This document shows, piece after piece, positions 44,028 to 53,720 of a stretch of DNA of 64,000 nt. Every line of letters begins with the position of its first letter. Position 1 is the first letter of the stretch. The notes under the pieces are model-generated. The model saw only the letters and a list, made by a program, of their open reading frames with translations. It was not told the origin of the DNA and searched no databases. This stretch comes from Candidatus Latescibacterota bacterium (GTDB taxonomy: Bacteria; Latescibacterota; UBA2968): the NCBI GenBank assembly GCA_965207885.1, contig OZ242311.1, positions 1,120,001 through 1,184,000 of the forward strand, in the 5' to 3' direction. Made by a program: the position numbers and the translations under genes.

Positions 44028-46922
44028 ATGGGTAAACGCAATACACATACGATTGATTCTACTGGTGGCTTTCAACAGATTCGAGATGCGTTAGACGCAT
44101 TGCAGCGGAGTGAAGAGCGTCTTACACACGCGCTCGAAGCCGGTGGGATTGGTCTGTTTGATTGGAATATACAGAACGATAGCGCCGTGTGTACAGACCG
44201 GTATTTCGAACTTTTTGGTTTTCCTCCACGAGATACGATGGTCTCTGAGGCCGAGTGGTTGGCGTGCGTTTATCCGGAAGATCGAGATCGCGCACAGAAG
44301 GAGGTCAGACAAGCCCTTGAAGGACGCGCTCCTTATGACACGGAATATAGAATCGTGCATTCCAATGGTGAGGTGAGATGGGTCAGCAGCAAAGCCAAAG
44401 TATTTTTTGATGCGGGTGAAGAAGTGCCGATTCGCATGATTGGGGCGGTGGCCGATATTACCGGACAAAAGCGGGCAGAAGGTGCGCTTGGCGACCAGGT
44501 GGCTTTTCAGAATGCGCTCATACAGGTCAGTCACGCCGTGCAGCAGATGACGCGGCCAGAGCATCTCGAGGTGGTTATTCGCGTGTGTAGAGAACAGTTG
44601 CTGGCTCTCGATGTATCCGTTGTCGCGATTGCCGTGCATCGGTTGCTCGATCCCAAAACGCGTACTTTTGAAACGCACGAGGTGATGCCTTCGGGGGAGA
44701 TCAATCGCATGGTGCGCGAGGTGCCGAATGTTTATCGGATGTGGCAACAACAGAGGACAATTTACCGCGAGAATCTCGTAGAAAATATGGGGGGGTTGTC
44801 ACAGGTGGGTTTCAAGGCCATAGCTGCGCGATACGGGGTTGAGGTGCGGTGTATTCTCGATATCCCCCATGTGCGGGGCACAATGGCTTTGATGAGTGAT
44901 GAGGTTTCTGCTTTTTCAGAGGCCGAGGTTTTGTTTTTGGAAAGTATTGCAGAACAGGTCTCGATGGGTATTACCCGTTTAGATGACCTCGAGCGCCTCG
45001 AGGCGCAGAACAAAGAGCTTGAAAATGCCCGTATAGCAGCCGAAGCAGCCAATCAGGCCAAGAGCCAATTTTTGGCCAATATGAGCCATGAGATTCGCAC
45101 GCCGATGAACGGCATTATGGGGATGATTGAGTTGTTGGGCAATACCGAGTTGACTGAGCGACAAAAGGAATACGCCGATCTCGCTTATAATTCGGCAGAT
45201 ACGTTACTGGTGTTGCTCAACGATATTCTCGACCTGTCCAAGGTGGAGGCAGGCAAGCTCGAGTTGGAAAGCATTCCGTTCGCGCTGAGAGATACGCTTG
45301 GCGATACGTTGCAAACGCTGGCTGTTCGGGCGAGTGAGAAGGGGCTTGAGTTGACCTATCGGATTGCGCCAGAGGTTCCCGATGATCTGATAGGGGATCC
45401 CATTCGCCTGAGACAAGTCGTCGTCAATCTGGCGGGCAATGCCATTAAGTTTACAGATCATGGGGGTGTGGATATCGATGTTGACCTGATAGAAATGCGC
45501 GAGGAGGACGCAAAACTGCGATTTGAGGTGCGCGATACAGGTATCGGTATTCCATTGCAGGTACAACAACAGATATTCAGTGCGTTTGATCAGGCCGATA
45601 GTTCAACGACGCGGCAATATGGCGGCACGGGGCTTGGTTTGACTATTTCGGCTCAATTGGTCGAGCTGATGGGTGGAAAACTCGATGTGAAAAGCGAGCC
45701 GAACAAGGGCAGTGTTTTCTTTTTTGAAGCCCGTTTTTCGCGTCGGACCAGCGGTGTGTTGTACCGGGATATTTTGCCCGATACATTGCACGGCATGCCC
45801 GTATTGGTCGTTGACGATAACAATACCAATCGGGTGATTTTTGAAGAGATGTTGTCCTGCCATGGTTTGAAACCCGCTCTGGCCGAGAATGGTCAGATAG
45901 CATTGGAAGAGTTGTTGCGCGCACAACAGGCGGGTAGCCCATATCCACTGGTTCTGCTCGACGCGGAAATGCCCGTTATGAACGGTTACGCGCTTGCCAG
46001 GCAGATTGCCGCTGACGCAACGTTGAAATACACGCGCGTGGTGGTGTTGACTTCTGCTGGTCGTCCGGATATGGCTTCTACCAGCGAAATGCTGGCCGGG
46101 CACCTGTCCAAACCCATCAAGCAATCCGATCTTTTTAATTTGATCGCTGGTATATTTGAGGAATCTGCGCCGGATGCTCTGGGGACGGGCGATATTGTAA
46201 CCGATAAGGCGCGGAGATCTCTGCGCATTTTATTGGCCGAAGACGGTCTGGTCAACCAGCGCGTCGCCATTGATATGTTGCACCAGCGCGGTCACACAGT
46301 CGTTGTGGCAAATAATGGTGTGGAGACTCTGGAAGCACTTGACAAAGACGATACCTTTGATCTGGTGTTGATGGATGTACAAATGCCCGAAATGGATGGG
46401 CTTGAAGCTACCAAAGAAATTCGCGAGCGGGAAAAGGAATCGGGAGGGCATATTCGAATTGTTGCGATGACAGCCGATGTGATGAAGGGCGACCGCGAGC
46501 TTTGCATAGCGGCTGGTATGGATGGGTTTGTCGCCAAGCCGCTCAGGTCTCGCCTTCTTTACGATGCGGTGGAATCGACCGGTCCCACCGTGCAACAGAC
46601 GCTCGATTGGGAGGTATCATTGCAACATGTTGGCGGGGATGAGGCGCTTCTCGTGCGGCTATCCGAGATGTTTCTACAAACGAGGGGCGATTTGATGAGC
46701 CTTCTTGACGACACAGAAACGCTTCGCCAGGGCGCGCGTGAATTGAGAGAAAATGCCGAATTGTTTTACGCGGATAATGTGAGGGAGGTTGCCGCGACAA
46801 TTGAAGAGTTAGCAAAGGATGAAAATTGGTCAGGTGCTGAGCGCTTTGTGGCAGATTTGAGAGCGCATGTGGAATCTCTTGCAGCCGCGCTTGAGATGCA
46901 AGGAGATTTGGTTCACAAATAG
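44028..46922 (+). CDS. Hybrid sensor kinase PAS-GAF-HisKA-HATPase-REC-REC-pseudoHpt
   Basis: FLANMSHEIRTPMNG, NLAGNAIKFT, DTGIGI, GGTGLGL, two receivers (LLDAEMP, LMDVQMP). Confidence 0.93.
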   Translation: MGKRNTHTIDSTGGFQQIRDALDALQRSEERLTHALEAGGIGLFDWNIQNDSAVCTDRYFELFGFPPRDTMVSEAEWLACVYPEDRDRAQKEVRQALEGRAPYDTEYRIVHSNGEVRWVSSKAKVFFDAGEEVPIRMIGAVADITGQKRAEGALGDQVAFQNALIQVSHAVQQMTRPEHLEVVIRVCREQLLALDVSVVAIAVHRLLDPKTRTFETHEVMPSGEINRMVREVPNVYRMWQQQRTIYRENLVENMGGLSQVGFKAIAARYGVEVRCILDIPHVRGTMALMSDEVSAFSEAEVLFLESIAEQVSMGITRLDDLERLEAQNKELENARIAAEAANQAKSQFLANMSHEIRTPMNGIMGMIELLGNTELTERQKEYADLAYNSADTLLVLLNDILDLSKVEAGKLELESIPFALRDTLGDTLQTLAVRASEKGLELTYRIAPEVPDDLIGDPIRLRQVVVNLAGNAIKFTDHGGVDIDVDLIEMREEDAKLRFEVRDTGIGIPLQVQQQIFSAFDQADSSTTRQYGGTGLGLTISAQLVELMGGKLDVKSEPNKGSVFFFEARFSRRTSGVLYRDILPDTLHGMPVLVVDDNNTNRVIFEEMLSCHGLKPALAENGQIALEELLRAQQAGSPYPLVLLDAEMPVMNGYALARQIAADATLKYTRVVVLTSAGRPDMASTSEMLAGHLSKPIKQSDLFNLIAGIFEESAPDALGTGDIVTDKARRSLRILLAEDGLVNQRVAIDMLHQRGHTVVVANNGVETLEALDKDDTFDLVLMDVQMPEMDGLEATKEIREREKESGGHIRIVAMTADVMKGDRELCIAAGMDGFVAKPLRSRLLYDAVESTGPTVQQTLDWEVSLQHVGGDEALLVRLSEMFLQTRGDLMSLLDDTETLRQGARELRENAELFYADNVREVAATIEELAKDENWSGAERFVADLRAHVESLAAALEMQGDLVHK

Positions 46923-46935
46923 GAAGGAAAACGAG

Positions 46936-47280
46936 ATGGCTTTTGAAGAAACAATGCAGGGTAATATTCGCATTATAAAGCTCGATGGTCAGGTGACAGA
47001 CCGCGAGATGTCGGAGTTGGCCGATTATGTAACTGAATTTCTCGAAAAGAATAATGGGATGAAAGTGGTTTTGGATTTGGGGCAGGTGCGGTGGTTAAAC
47101 AGCATGGCATTCGGGGTTTTGACCGCGCTTTTGCAGCGTTTGCGCAAGGCCAACGGCGATTTGAAGCTCGCCAATGCCCACGATCATGTGATCAGTGTTT
47201 TTGTGCAGACGCAGTTGATTAAAATTTTCGATCTGCACAGTTCCGTAGATGAGGCTGTTGCAGCATTTCAGACGGCGTGA
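46936..47280 (+). CDS. STAS-domain anti-sigma factor antagonist
   Basis: VVLDLGQVRWLNSMAFGVL..GDLKLAN. Confidence 0.85.
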   Translation: MAFEETMQGNIRIIKLDGQVTDREMSELADYVTEFLEKNNGMKVVLDLGQVRWLNSMAFGVLTALLQRLRKANGDLKLANAHDHVISVFVQTQLIKIFDLHSSVDEAVAAFQTA

Positions 47281-47334
47281 ATCTTTTTCTTGCCTGAGAA
47301 TGAAATTGTGGTATTTTTTTAGATAAATAGCAAA

Positions 47335-47411
47335 CGGGGCGTGGCTCAGCCCGGTAGAGCGCCTGCTTCGGGAGCAGGAGGCCGGAGGTTCAAATCCTCT
47401 CGCCCCGACCA
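47335..47411 (+). tRNA. tRNA-Pro(CGG)
   Basis: 77 nt; CGGGGCG/CGCCCCG acceptor, CCTGC-TTCGGGA-GCAGG anticodon arm, GGTTCAAATCC, CCA. Confidence 0.97.
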
Positions 47412-47420
47412 TAAAATAAG

Positions 47421-47459
47421 AAAGCCCGTCAATCGGTGGTGATCGACGGGCTTTTGTTT
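47421..47459 (+). terminator. Terminator after tRNA-Pro(CGG)
   Basis: AAAGCCCGTC...GACGGGCTTTT. Confidence 0.85.
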
Positions 47460-47694
47460 GTACTCGAGATGCGCAGAGGGATATAAACTGGAGTTACCCC
47501 GTTTTGGTGGAGTATTTAGGGCTTGGGTTCAAGCCTGCGAAGGTACCCGCCGAAACGATGCTGTTGCCGAATTCCGGATTCTGTCCCGCCGCACTAAACA
47601 TAGGGCTTACAGAGCCTGAATTCAGACCACAAACAGCCATTTTTCCAACCACGGACTCTCTCTCGACCAATTCGGCAACAACATCCGAAACGGG

Positions 47695-47895
47695 TCAAGT
47701 CCAGTTCGACCTCGATCTTTTGTTCGGTACTGTCTTTCGCTTAATGCCTAATTTCTTCATTTTGCTATACAGCGTAGATGGGGGTAACTCTAATAGCTCT
47801 GCGGCCCCACCCGGACCTTTTACCCGCCAGTCTGTAATTTCCAACACGCTAACAATGTAATTACGGATTGCATCTTCAAACGATACAATTTTCAT
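47695..47895 (-). CDS. Stand-alone Fis/FhlA-type HTH protein (or remnant)
   Basis: VLEITDWRVKGPGGAAELLELPPSTLYSKMKKLGI matches the C-terminal HTH of FhlA-like activators. Confidence 0.7.
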   Translation of the reverse strand: MKIVSFEDAIRNYIVSVLEITDWRVKGPGGAAELLELPPSTLYSKMKKLGIKRKTVPNKRSRSNWT

Positions 47896-47964
47896 CTTTC
47901 TTCCTTTGGCAGCTTAATGTGGGAGCCTCTTATTTGCTGTAATTTCATTTTTAACTCCTTGTAG

Positions 47965-47980
47965 AGCAAAAACCGTGCCA
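47965..47980 (-). promoter_or_regulatory. Sigma-54 -24/-12 promoter
   Basis: Minus strand TGGCACGGTTTTTGCT equals consensus TGGCACG-N4-TTGCW. Confidence 0.85.
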
Positions 47981-48057
47981 GTTTGTTAAGAAACGAGCTA
48001 ATGCTTTGAAGATGAAGGAGTTAGAGCAGATGAGGGATACTTTGCAGATTTTTGGAA

Positions 48058-48210
48058 TGTTTCATAATGATACACTACAAGCCACATGGAAGCGTATATC
48101 TACTGAATTAGATATACGAGAAACATATGTTTATAGATGATTTATGGGAAAATTAAAGGTGAGAATAGAGGATTTGTTACAATTTGAAACGAGTGATACA
48201 TTTTGAAACA
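48058..48210. promoter_or_regulatory. Three 17-bp enhancer-like palindromes (TGT-N11-ACA type)
   Basis: TGTTTCATAATGATACA (48058), TGTTACAATTTGAAACG (48175), TGATACATTTTGAAACA (48194). Confidence 0.65.
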
Positions 48211-48427
48211 AATATGACAAATGCAACTTGATCCCTAAAATATTTCATTTTCTTTTGAAGAGAGCATTCTATATTAACCTGTCAGTCCATTACATTTATA
48301 TTCTTGTCTGTAATGGTTATAGCTCTCTGGGATATTACTATAGCCCTGCTTTCCACGACCTGAGTGGACACCACAACGCACTGTAAAAGTGTAAAACAAA
48401 AAATCACTCCAACAGGATGCGAATAGT

Positions 48428-50257
48428 ATGCCCGACGCAAAGATAATGATTGTCGAAGACAATATCTCCGATGCCGCACACCTCGAAGAATGCCTGAAAA
48501 ACCTGGGATACACAGTGTGCGCCGCGGTTTCGTGCGGGCGTCAAGCCATTAAAAAAGCCGCGGACACGCATCCCGATCTTGTCCTGATCAATCTCTGTCT
48601 CGAAGGGGATATCACCGGCCCTGAAGTAGCCGAGCAGATCGGTAGCCAATTCGATGTTCCCGTGTTATATCTGACTGACGAAGCCGAGGGAGATCTGTTG
48701 CAACAGGCTCAGACGACCAACCACTTCGGCTATGTACTGAGACCTTTCGAGGAGCGGCAACTCCATCTGAATATCCAAACCGCCCTTGCGATGCACGAGA
48801 GGGAAAGCAGGCACAAAGAGACAGAGATCAGGTTGAAACAGACAATCAACAAATTGGAAGATGTCACCCACCTCATCCACCTCATGGAAGCGGTATTCAA
48901 CAGCATGAATGAGGGTGTAGTCGCGTTTGATGAAAAAGGGAGGCTCCTGTTTTACAATTCGAGTGCGGGGCGGATCGTCGGGGAGCCTCCGGAGTCAGAA
49001 GAGAAAGATGTCTATAAATGGTTCGAAATATACGGTGTTTATCACCCCGATGAAAAAACGCCTTTCACCGTGGATGAGAGTCCGCTGGGCATTGTCTTGA
49101 AAGGCGAAACAACGGACGAGGTCGAGGTATTCTTACGCAACAAATTTAAGTCGGAAGGCGTTCACATCAGGGTTAGCAGCAGACCCCTGCTGGGAGAAAC
49201 AGGTGTTTTGAAGGGGGCCATACTCGTCTTCCGCGACATTACCAAGGAGATAGAGGCCGAGCAGATGAAGGCCGAGTTGCTGCGCTTGCGCACCGAGTTG
49301 GAGACGACCAGCTTATTTCCCAGCCTGATCGGCACCAGTTCCGTAATGCAGGATATATACAAGCTAATTCAGCAGGCCGCCGAAAGCGATATCACGGTGT
49401 TCATTAGCGGTAAGAGCGGCACAGGTAAGGAATTGGTAGCCAACTCATTGCACGCCAACAGCCCGCGCAAGGATGAGGAGTTCGTAGCCCTCGATTGCGC
49501 CGCCATTCCCGAAACGCTCATCGAAAGCGAATTGTTCGGACATGAACGAGGGGCTTTCACGGGCGCTGCGACGCAGAGAATCGGGGCCTTTGAGCGCGCC
49601 AATAGAGGCACGCTCTTTCTCGATGAAATCGGCGACATGCCATATATTCTGCAAGGCAAGCTATTGCGCGTTTTGCAGGAGCGGGAAATCCGGCGGATCG
49701 GAGGAACAGCCCCCATTCCAATCGACATCCGCGTAATAACGGCGACCAACAAGGACCTGGAACACTTAGTAAGGGTAGGTAAATTCCGCGAAGATCTATT
49801 CTATCGCATCGCGGCCTTCCCCATCACGATTCCACCGCTGAGAGAGCGGCGTGAAGATATTCCCCTACTGGCCAAGCATTTTCTCGGCAAATACGCTACT
49901 CAGGCCAGCAAATCCATAAACGATATTTCCGCCCTTGCCTTGCAACTATTGCTGCAGTACGATTGGCCGGGCAATGTGCGAGAACTGGAGAACGCCATAG
50001 CGCGTGCCGTGCTGTTGGATACGACCGGGGTACTGCAAGCAGATAACCTGCCGCCTCAGATATCGCCGGTCGTTGCTTTGGGAAGAGACTCCTCGACACC
50101 ACAGGCGATCCTGCCACTGACTGAGATCGAACGACAGGCCCTGATCCACGCAATCGAGGCCACGGGCAACAACATTACTCAGGCCGCCCAGGCATTGGGT
50201 ATTAGTCGGGTGACCCTGTACCGGAAGTTAAAGAAATACAACATCGTCAAGGATTGA
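48428..50257 (+). CDS. Sigma-54 enhancer-binding protein: pseudo-REC, PAS, AAA+, Fis HTH
   Basis: GKSGTGKE, ESELFGHERGAFTGA, LFLDEIG, WPGNVREL, AAQALGISRVTLYRKL. Confidence 0.93.
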   Translation: MPDAKIMIVEDNISDAAHLEECLKNLGYTVCAAVSCGRQAIKKAADTHPDLVLINLCLEGDITGPEVAEQIGSQFDVPVLYLTDEAEGDLLQQAQTTNHFGYVLRPFEERQLHLNIQTALAMHERESRHKETEIRLKQTINKLEDVTHLIHLMEAVFNSMNEGVVAFDEKGRLLFYNSSAGRIVGEPPESEEKDVYKWFEIYGVYHPDEKTPFTVDESPLGIVLKGETTDEVEVFLRNKFKSEGVHIRVSSRPLLGETGVLKGAILVFRDITKEIEAEQMKAELLRLRTELETTSLFPSLIGTSSVMQDIYKLIQQAAESDITVFISGKSGTGKELVANSLHANSPRKDEEFVALDCAAIPETLIESELFGHERGAFTGAATQRIGAFERANRGTLFLDEIGDMPYILQGKLLRVLQEREIRRIGGTAPIPIDIRVITATNKDLEHLVRVGKFREDLFYRIAAFPITIPPLRERREDIPLLAKHFLGKYATQASKSINDISALALQLLLQYDWPGNVRELENAIARAVLLDTTGVLQADNLPPQISPVVALGRDSSTPQAILPLTEIERQALIHAIEATGNNITQAAQALGISRVTLYRKLKKYNIVKD

Positions 50258-50603
50258 ACCGGACAGGCTATCATGGCTGAGCACAGTCGAATTTCATGCT
50301 TTTGCCATCCCAACGACAAGTCGGTCTTTGTCTTCAATGCGCGATATTCCACTATACCTTCTCTGAAATTGTCTCCTTATGTCAAGTAACTCGGGGGGAC
50401 TTCAAAGGGATTAGGTAATTGTTCCTCCGATGTTCGCCCGCAGCAAATTGCTCCAAGTACTGAAATATCTATATCTTCCAAAACCCATGAAGCCGCCCGA
50501 ATATGACTGGACTTGACCCGTTTTAGTGGATAGTGCGGAAAGCACCCTTTATGCTGTTATGAGCCAAAACGAGTCCAGTCTAAGGTTACAGAGAAACTAT
50601 CGC

Positions 50604-50930
50604 CTATTTTATTTGCCTATCAAGTCCTGATAGCGCACTCTTCTCATAGCAGGCACTTTGCCCTGGATATTGCTCCTTGATCATTTGCCAAAATTCCCTT
50701 CTTTGTCTCTCCTTGCTTTTAACCTGGAGTAACGGCTGCAACCGATAGACAGATAGGAAACTCAGTCCTGGGTCTGAGTCATCCAGATCAAGAATAAAGT
50801 CTTTAATTTTTTCATCCAGTTTGAGCAACCGTAGAATCAAGCGGGTTTTGGTTCTCGAAATGCCTACCTGTTTAGCAAGTGCGGTCTGAGATTGAACATG
50901 TCCCTTTTCAAGAAGCTTGTGATAATACAA
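50604..50930 (-). CDS. HTH-containing hypothetical protein, possibly mobile-element associated; start uncertain
   Basis: SQTALAKQVGISRTKTRLILRLLKL HTH-like segment; frame stays open upstream. Confidence 0.45.
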   Translation of the reverse strand: MYYHKLLEKGHVQSQTALAKQVGISRTKTRLILRLLKLDEKIKDFILDLDDSDPGLSFLSVYRLQPLLQVKSKERQRREFWQMIKEQYPGQSACYEKSALSGLDRQIK

Positions 50931-51133
50931 GGCCCTTTTGAGATAATTGGGATGGTGCAGTTTTTGGATAAGTAATTGTTTCTGCGGCTTATGTCCGATA
51001 GCGATAATAGGCTTCTTGTTCCTGCGGATGTGGTGGATGAGAAAGTGGTCCCAGACAGTAAAAAGTTCAGTGAATGGTACAGTTGGGCGACCAATAGATT
51101 TAAGGGGTCGTGTTATTTAATGCGATCCCTTTT

Positions 51134-52957
51134 TTATTCCCGTGGCAATGTCAATCCAAATGTCGATCCCTTGCCCTGTTCACTCTCGACATAGACCCGC
51201 TCGCCGTGTGCATCCATGATGTGCCGAACAATTGACAAGCCCAGGCCCGTCCCGCCCATTGCCCGCGACCGCCCTTTATCGACCCGATAAAATCGCTCAA
51301 AGATGCGATCCATATCTGAAAGCGGTACCCCAATACCCGTGTCCTTTACTTCAAGTACAATGCGACGCTTGCGGGTCTGCGTCGCATTTTCACCATGTCT
51401 ATTGCGACGGTCTTCATCTACATTTTCCGCACGCTTGAAATCCCGCGTCTGAATCCAGATTTTACCCCCTTCGGGTGTGTATTTTACGGCGTTGTCGAGC
51501 AAATTGAGCAATGCCTGTTCGATGAGCTTGCGGTCGCATTGCACCTGCACGTTTTCTTTTGTGTTTATCTCGATGGCAAGGTTTTTTTCTTTTGACAGTG
51601 GGCGTATCTGTCTAACGACGGAATTGACTATCTCCTGCAAGGGATATACGTCGATCTCAAGAGGCAGAGCACCTGATTCTATACGCGATAGATCCAGAAT
51701 ATCTTCTACCAGATTGTGCAGGCGATCCGCATGGGTGTTAATCATTTGCACGAATCGCTGTGAGGCTTCTTTGTTGTCTAAGGCGCCGTCTGCCAGCGTG
51801 GCTGCACATCCCTTAATGGTTGTAAGCGGGGTGCGCAATTCATGTGAAACATTGGCGACAAAATCTTTGCGAATGCGCTCCAGGCGGCGCAGTTCAGTGA
51901 TGTCGTAAAAAATAGTTACAGAACCCGCGATATGATCCTCTTGCAAAATAGGTGCAATCTGTACATCGAAATGGCGTTCTCGGCCATCTGAACGGGTGAG
52001 ATCTAAAAATGCCACTTGTCCGGTTGATAGGGTTTGCTCAATCGCATCTTGCACATCCCGATGGCGCACAAGCTCAATGGGCATGCGCCCTTCAATGGCG
52101 TCGGATACACCAAATAGCTTTTCAAATGTCTGATTGCCCATCAGGATGCGACCATTCTGGTCCGTGACCAGAATCGCTTCTGTAATGCTCGGCAAGACGG
52201 CTTCTAAACGCGATTTTTCAAGTGTGATTTGCCCGATGTGCGCCTGGACTTGCCGGCGCATGTCGTCTAATGCCGTGCCCAAATCGCGCAATTCTCGTGT
52301 GGATCTAATGCGGAGAGCAGGGTGTTTTAATCTCCCTGAAGCAATGTTTTGGACGAACCAGATGGCATCTAAAATCGGGCGCGAGATATATCGCGAGGTG
52401 GCATAAGCCAATAACAAGGCGAGGCATAATCCCAGTATCGATGTCATCCATATCGCCTGTGCAATCAGTTGTTCTATATGCCCCATATCGCGCAGGGGCA
52501 GGGCCAATCTCAGGACAAGATTTCCGTCGCCAATTTCCGGTACTGTAGTTGCGACATATAATATTTCGATATCCTGTGCCTTGCTATAACGCAAGCTACT
52601 TCCCCGCCCCTGTTGAAGTGCCGCGCTGATTTCTGGATGATCGGCGTGATTTTCCAGCGCACTCAGATCAGATAGGTCGGTTTCCGAATCGGCTAATACG
52701 CGCCCTTGACCGTTGAGCAACGTTGCACGCACGCCCAAACGCACGCCCACTTCATCGACAAGCGGGACGAGTCCCTCATCGGTATTTGCCACCTCGCTGA
52801 TATGCACGCGGGCAAAACGCACCTCGCGCAAAAGTCTCTGTTCGAGATGATGAACCCAAAAGTCGCGTATGACGTGATCCAGGTACAGATGTGCAGATGC
52901 CAGTACCAGTACCAGTACAGAAAGGCAGGCGAGCATCCATTTCCAGTGCAAACGCAT
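51134..52957 (-). CDS. phoR: PhoR-like sensor histidine kinase
   Basis: ENHADHPEI sensor, HAMP, PAS, DFVANVSHELRTPLT, NLLDNAVKYT, RFYRVDKGRSR..GGTGLGL. Confidence 0.85.
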   Translation of the reverse strand: MRLHWKWMLACLSVLVLVLASAHLYLDHVIRDFWVHHLEQRLLREVRFARVHISEVANTDEGLVPLVDEVGVRLGVRATLLNGQGRVLADSETDLSDLSALENHADHPEISAALQQGRGSSLRYSKAQDIEILYVATTVPEIGDGNLVLRLALPLRDMGHIEQLIAQAIWMTSILGLCLALLLAYATSRYISRPILDAIWFVQNIASGRLKHPALRIRSTRELRDLGTALDDMRRQVQAHIGQITLEKSRLEAVLPSITEAILVTDQNGRILMGNQTFEKLFGVSDAIEGRMPIELVRHRDVQDAIEQTLSTGQVAFLDLTRSDGRERHFDVQIAPILQEDHIAGSVTIFYDITELRRLERIRKDFVANVSHELRTPLTTIKGCAATLADGALDNKEASQRFVQMINTHADRLHNLVEDILDLSRIESGALPLEIDVYPLQEIVNSVVRQIRPLSKEKNLAIEINTKENVQVQCDRKLIEQALLNLLDNAVKYTPEGGKIWIQTRDFKRAENVDEDRRNRHGENATQTRKRRIVLEVKDTGIGVPLSDMDRIFERFYRVDKGRSRAMGGTGLGLSIVRHIMDAHGERVYVESEQGKGSTFGLTLPRE

Positions 52958-52958
52958 T

Positions 52959-53651
52959 CTATACTCTCTCTCGGCGGAATCGATAACCCACGCCTCGCAC
53001 GGTTTCGATCCATTCGCTCGCTTCGCCGAGTTTCTCGCGCAACCGCCTGATGTGCGTATCAACCGTGCGCCCATAACCACTGTATTCATAACCCCATACT
53101 GTATCGAGTAAATCGTCGCGTGTTTGCACGCGTCCGCGGCGTTCGATCAGGGTTATGAGCAGCTTAAATTCTGTGCCTGTCAATTCTAATGGGTCACCGT
53201 TTAACAGGGCCTGGTGTGCGGCTTTATCGATAGATATCGGTCCCGTATGCAACCAGGCATCAATTATTGATTGTCCACTGTCCTGACTGCGCCGCAGAAT
53301 CGCCTGTGCCCTCAAGACGAGTTCGCGCGGGGAAAAGGGTTTGACAACGTAGTCATCGGCTCCCAACTCCAATCCCACAATGCGATCTACTTCCTCTTTG
53401 CGCGCGGTCAACATTAAGATGGGTATGTGACGGGTTCGAGCATCTTGTTTTAATTGCCTGCACATATCCAGTCCGTCGATGCCCGGCAGCATCAGGTCCA
53501 GTATGATCAAATCTGGCAGAATCTCCTGAACGCTCTGGAGGGCACGCTCGGCATCTTCTGCTGTTTCAACATCTAACCCAGCTTGATCGAGGTTGTAGCG
53601 CACCATTTCCAAAATATCAGGTTCGTCTTCAACCACCAGAATTTTATTCAT
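52959..53651 (-). CDS. phoB: PhoB/OmpR-family response regulator
   Basis: ILDLMLPG, GADDYVVKPFSPREL, RTVDTHIRRLREKL, ETVRGVGY. Confidence 0.85.
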   Translation of the reverse strand: MNKILVVEDEPDILEMVRYNLDQAGLDVETAEDAERALQSVQEILPDLIILDLMLPGIDGLDMCRQLKQDARTRHIPILMLTARKEEVDRIVGLELGADDYVVKPFSPRELVLRAQAILRRSQDSGQSIIDAWLHTGPISIDKAAHQALLNGDPLELTGTEFKLLITLIERRGRVQTRDDLLDTVWGYEYSGYGRTVDTHIRRLREKLGEASEWIETVRGVGYRFRRERV

Positions 53652-53720
53652 TTTATTCTCCTGGTATGAAAATGAATAATGTACATACTTTTACAATATA
53701 AATATAACACGGTGGCCAAA

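Noticed and set aside
51084-51093. attR for tRNA-Pro(CGG) (GGGCGACCA)
   Set aside because: Only CGACCA matches the tRNA end; too short to support
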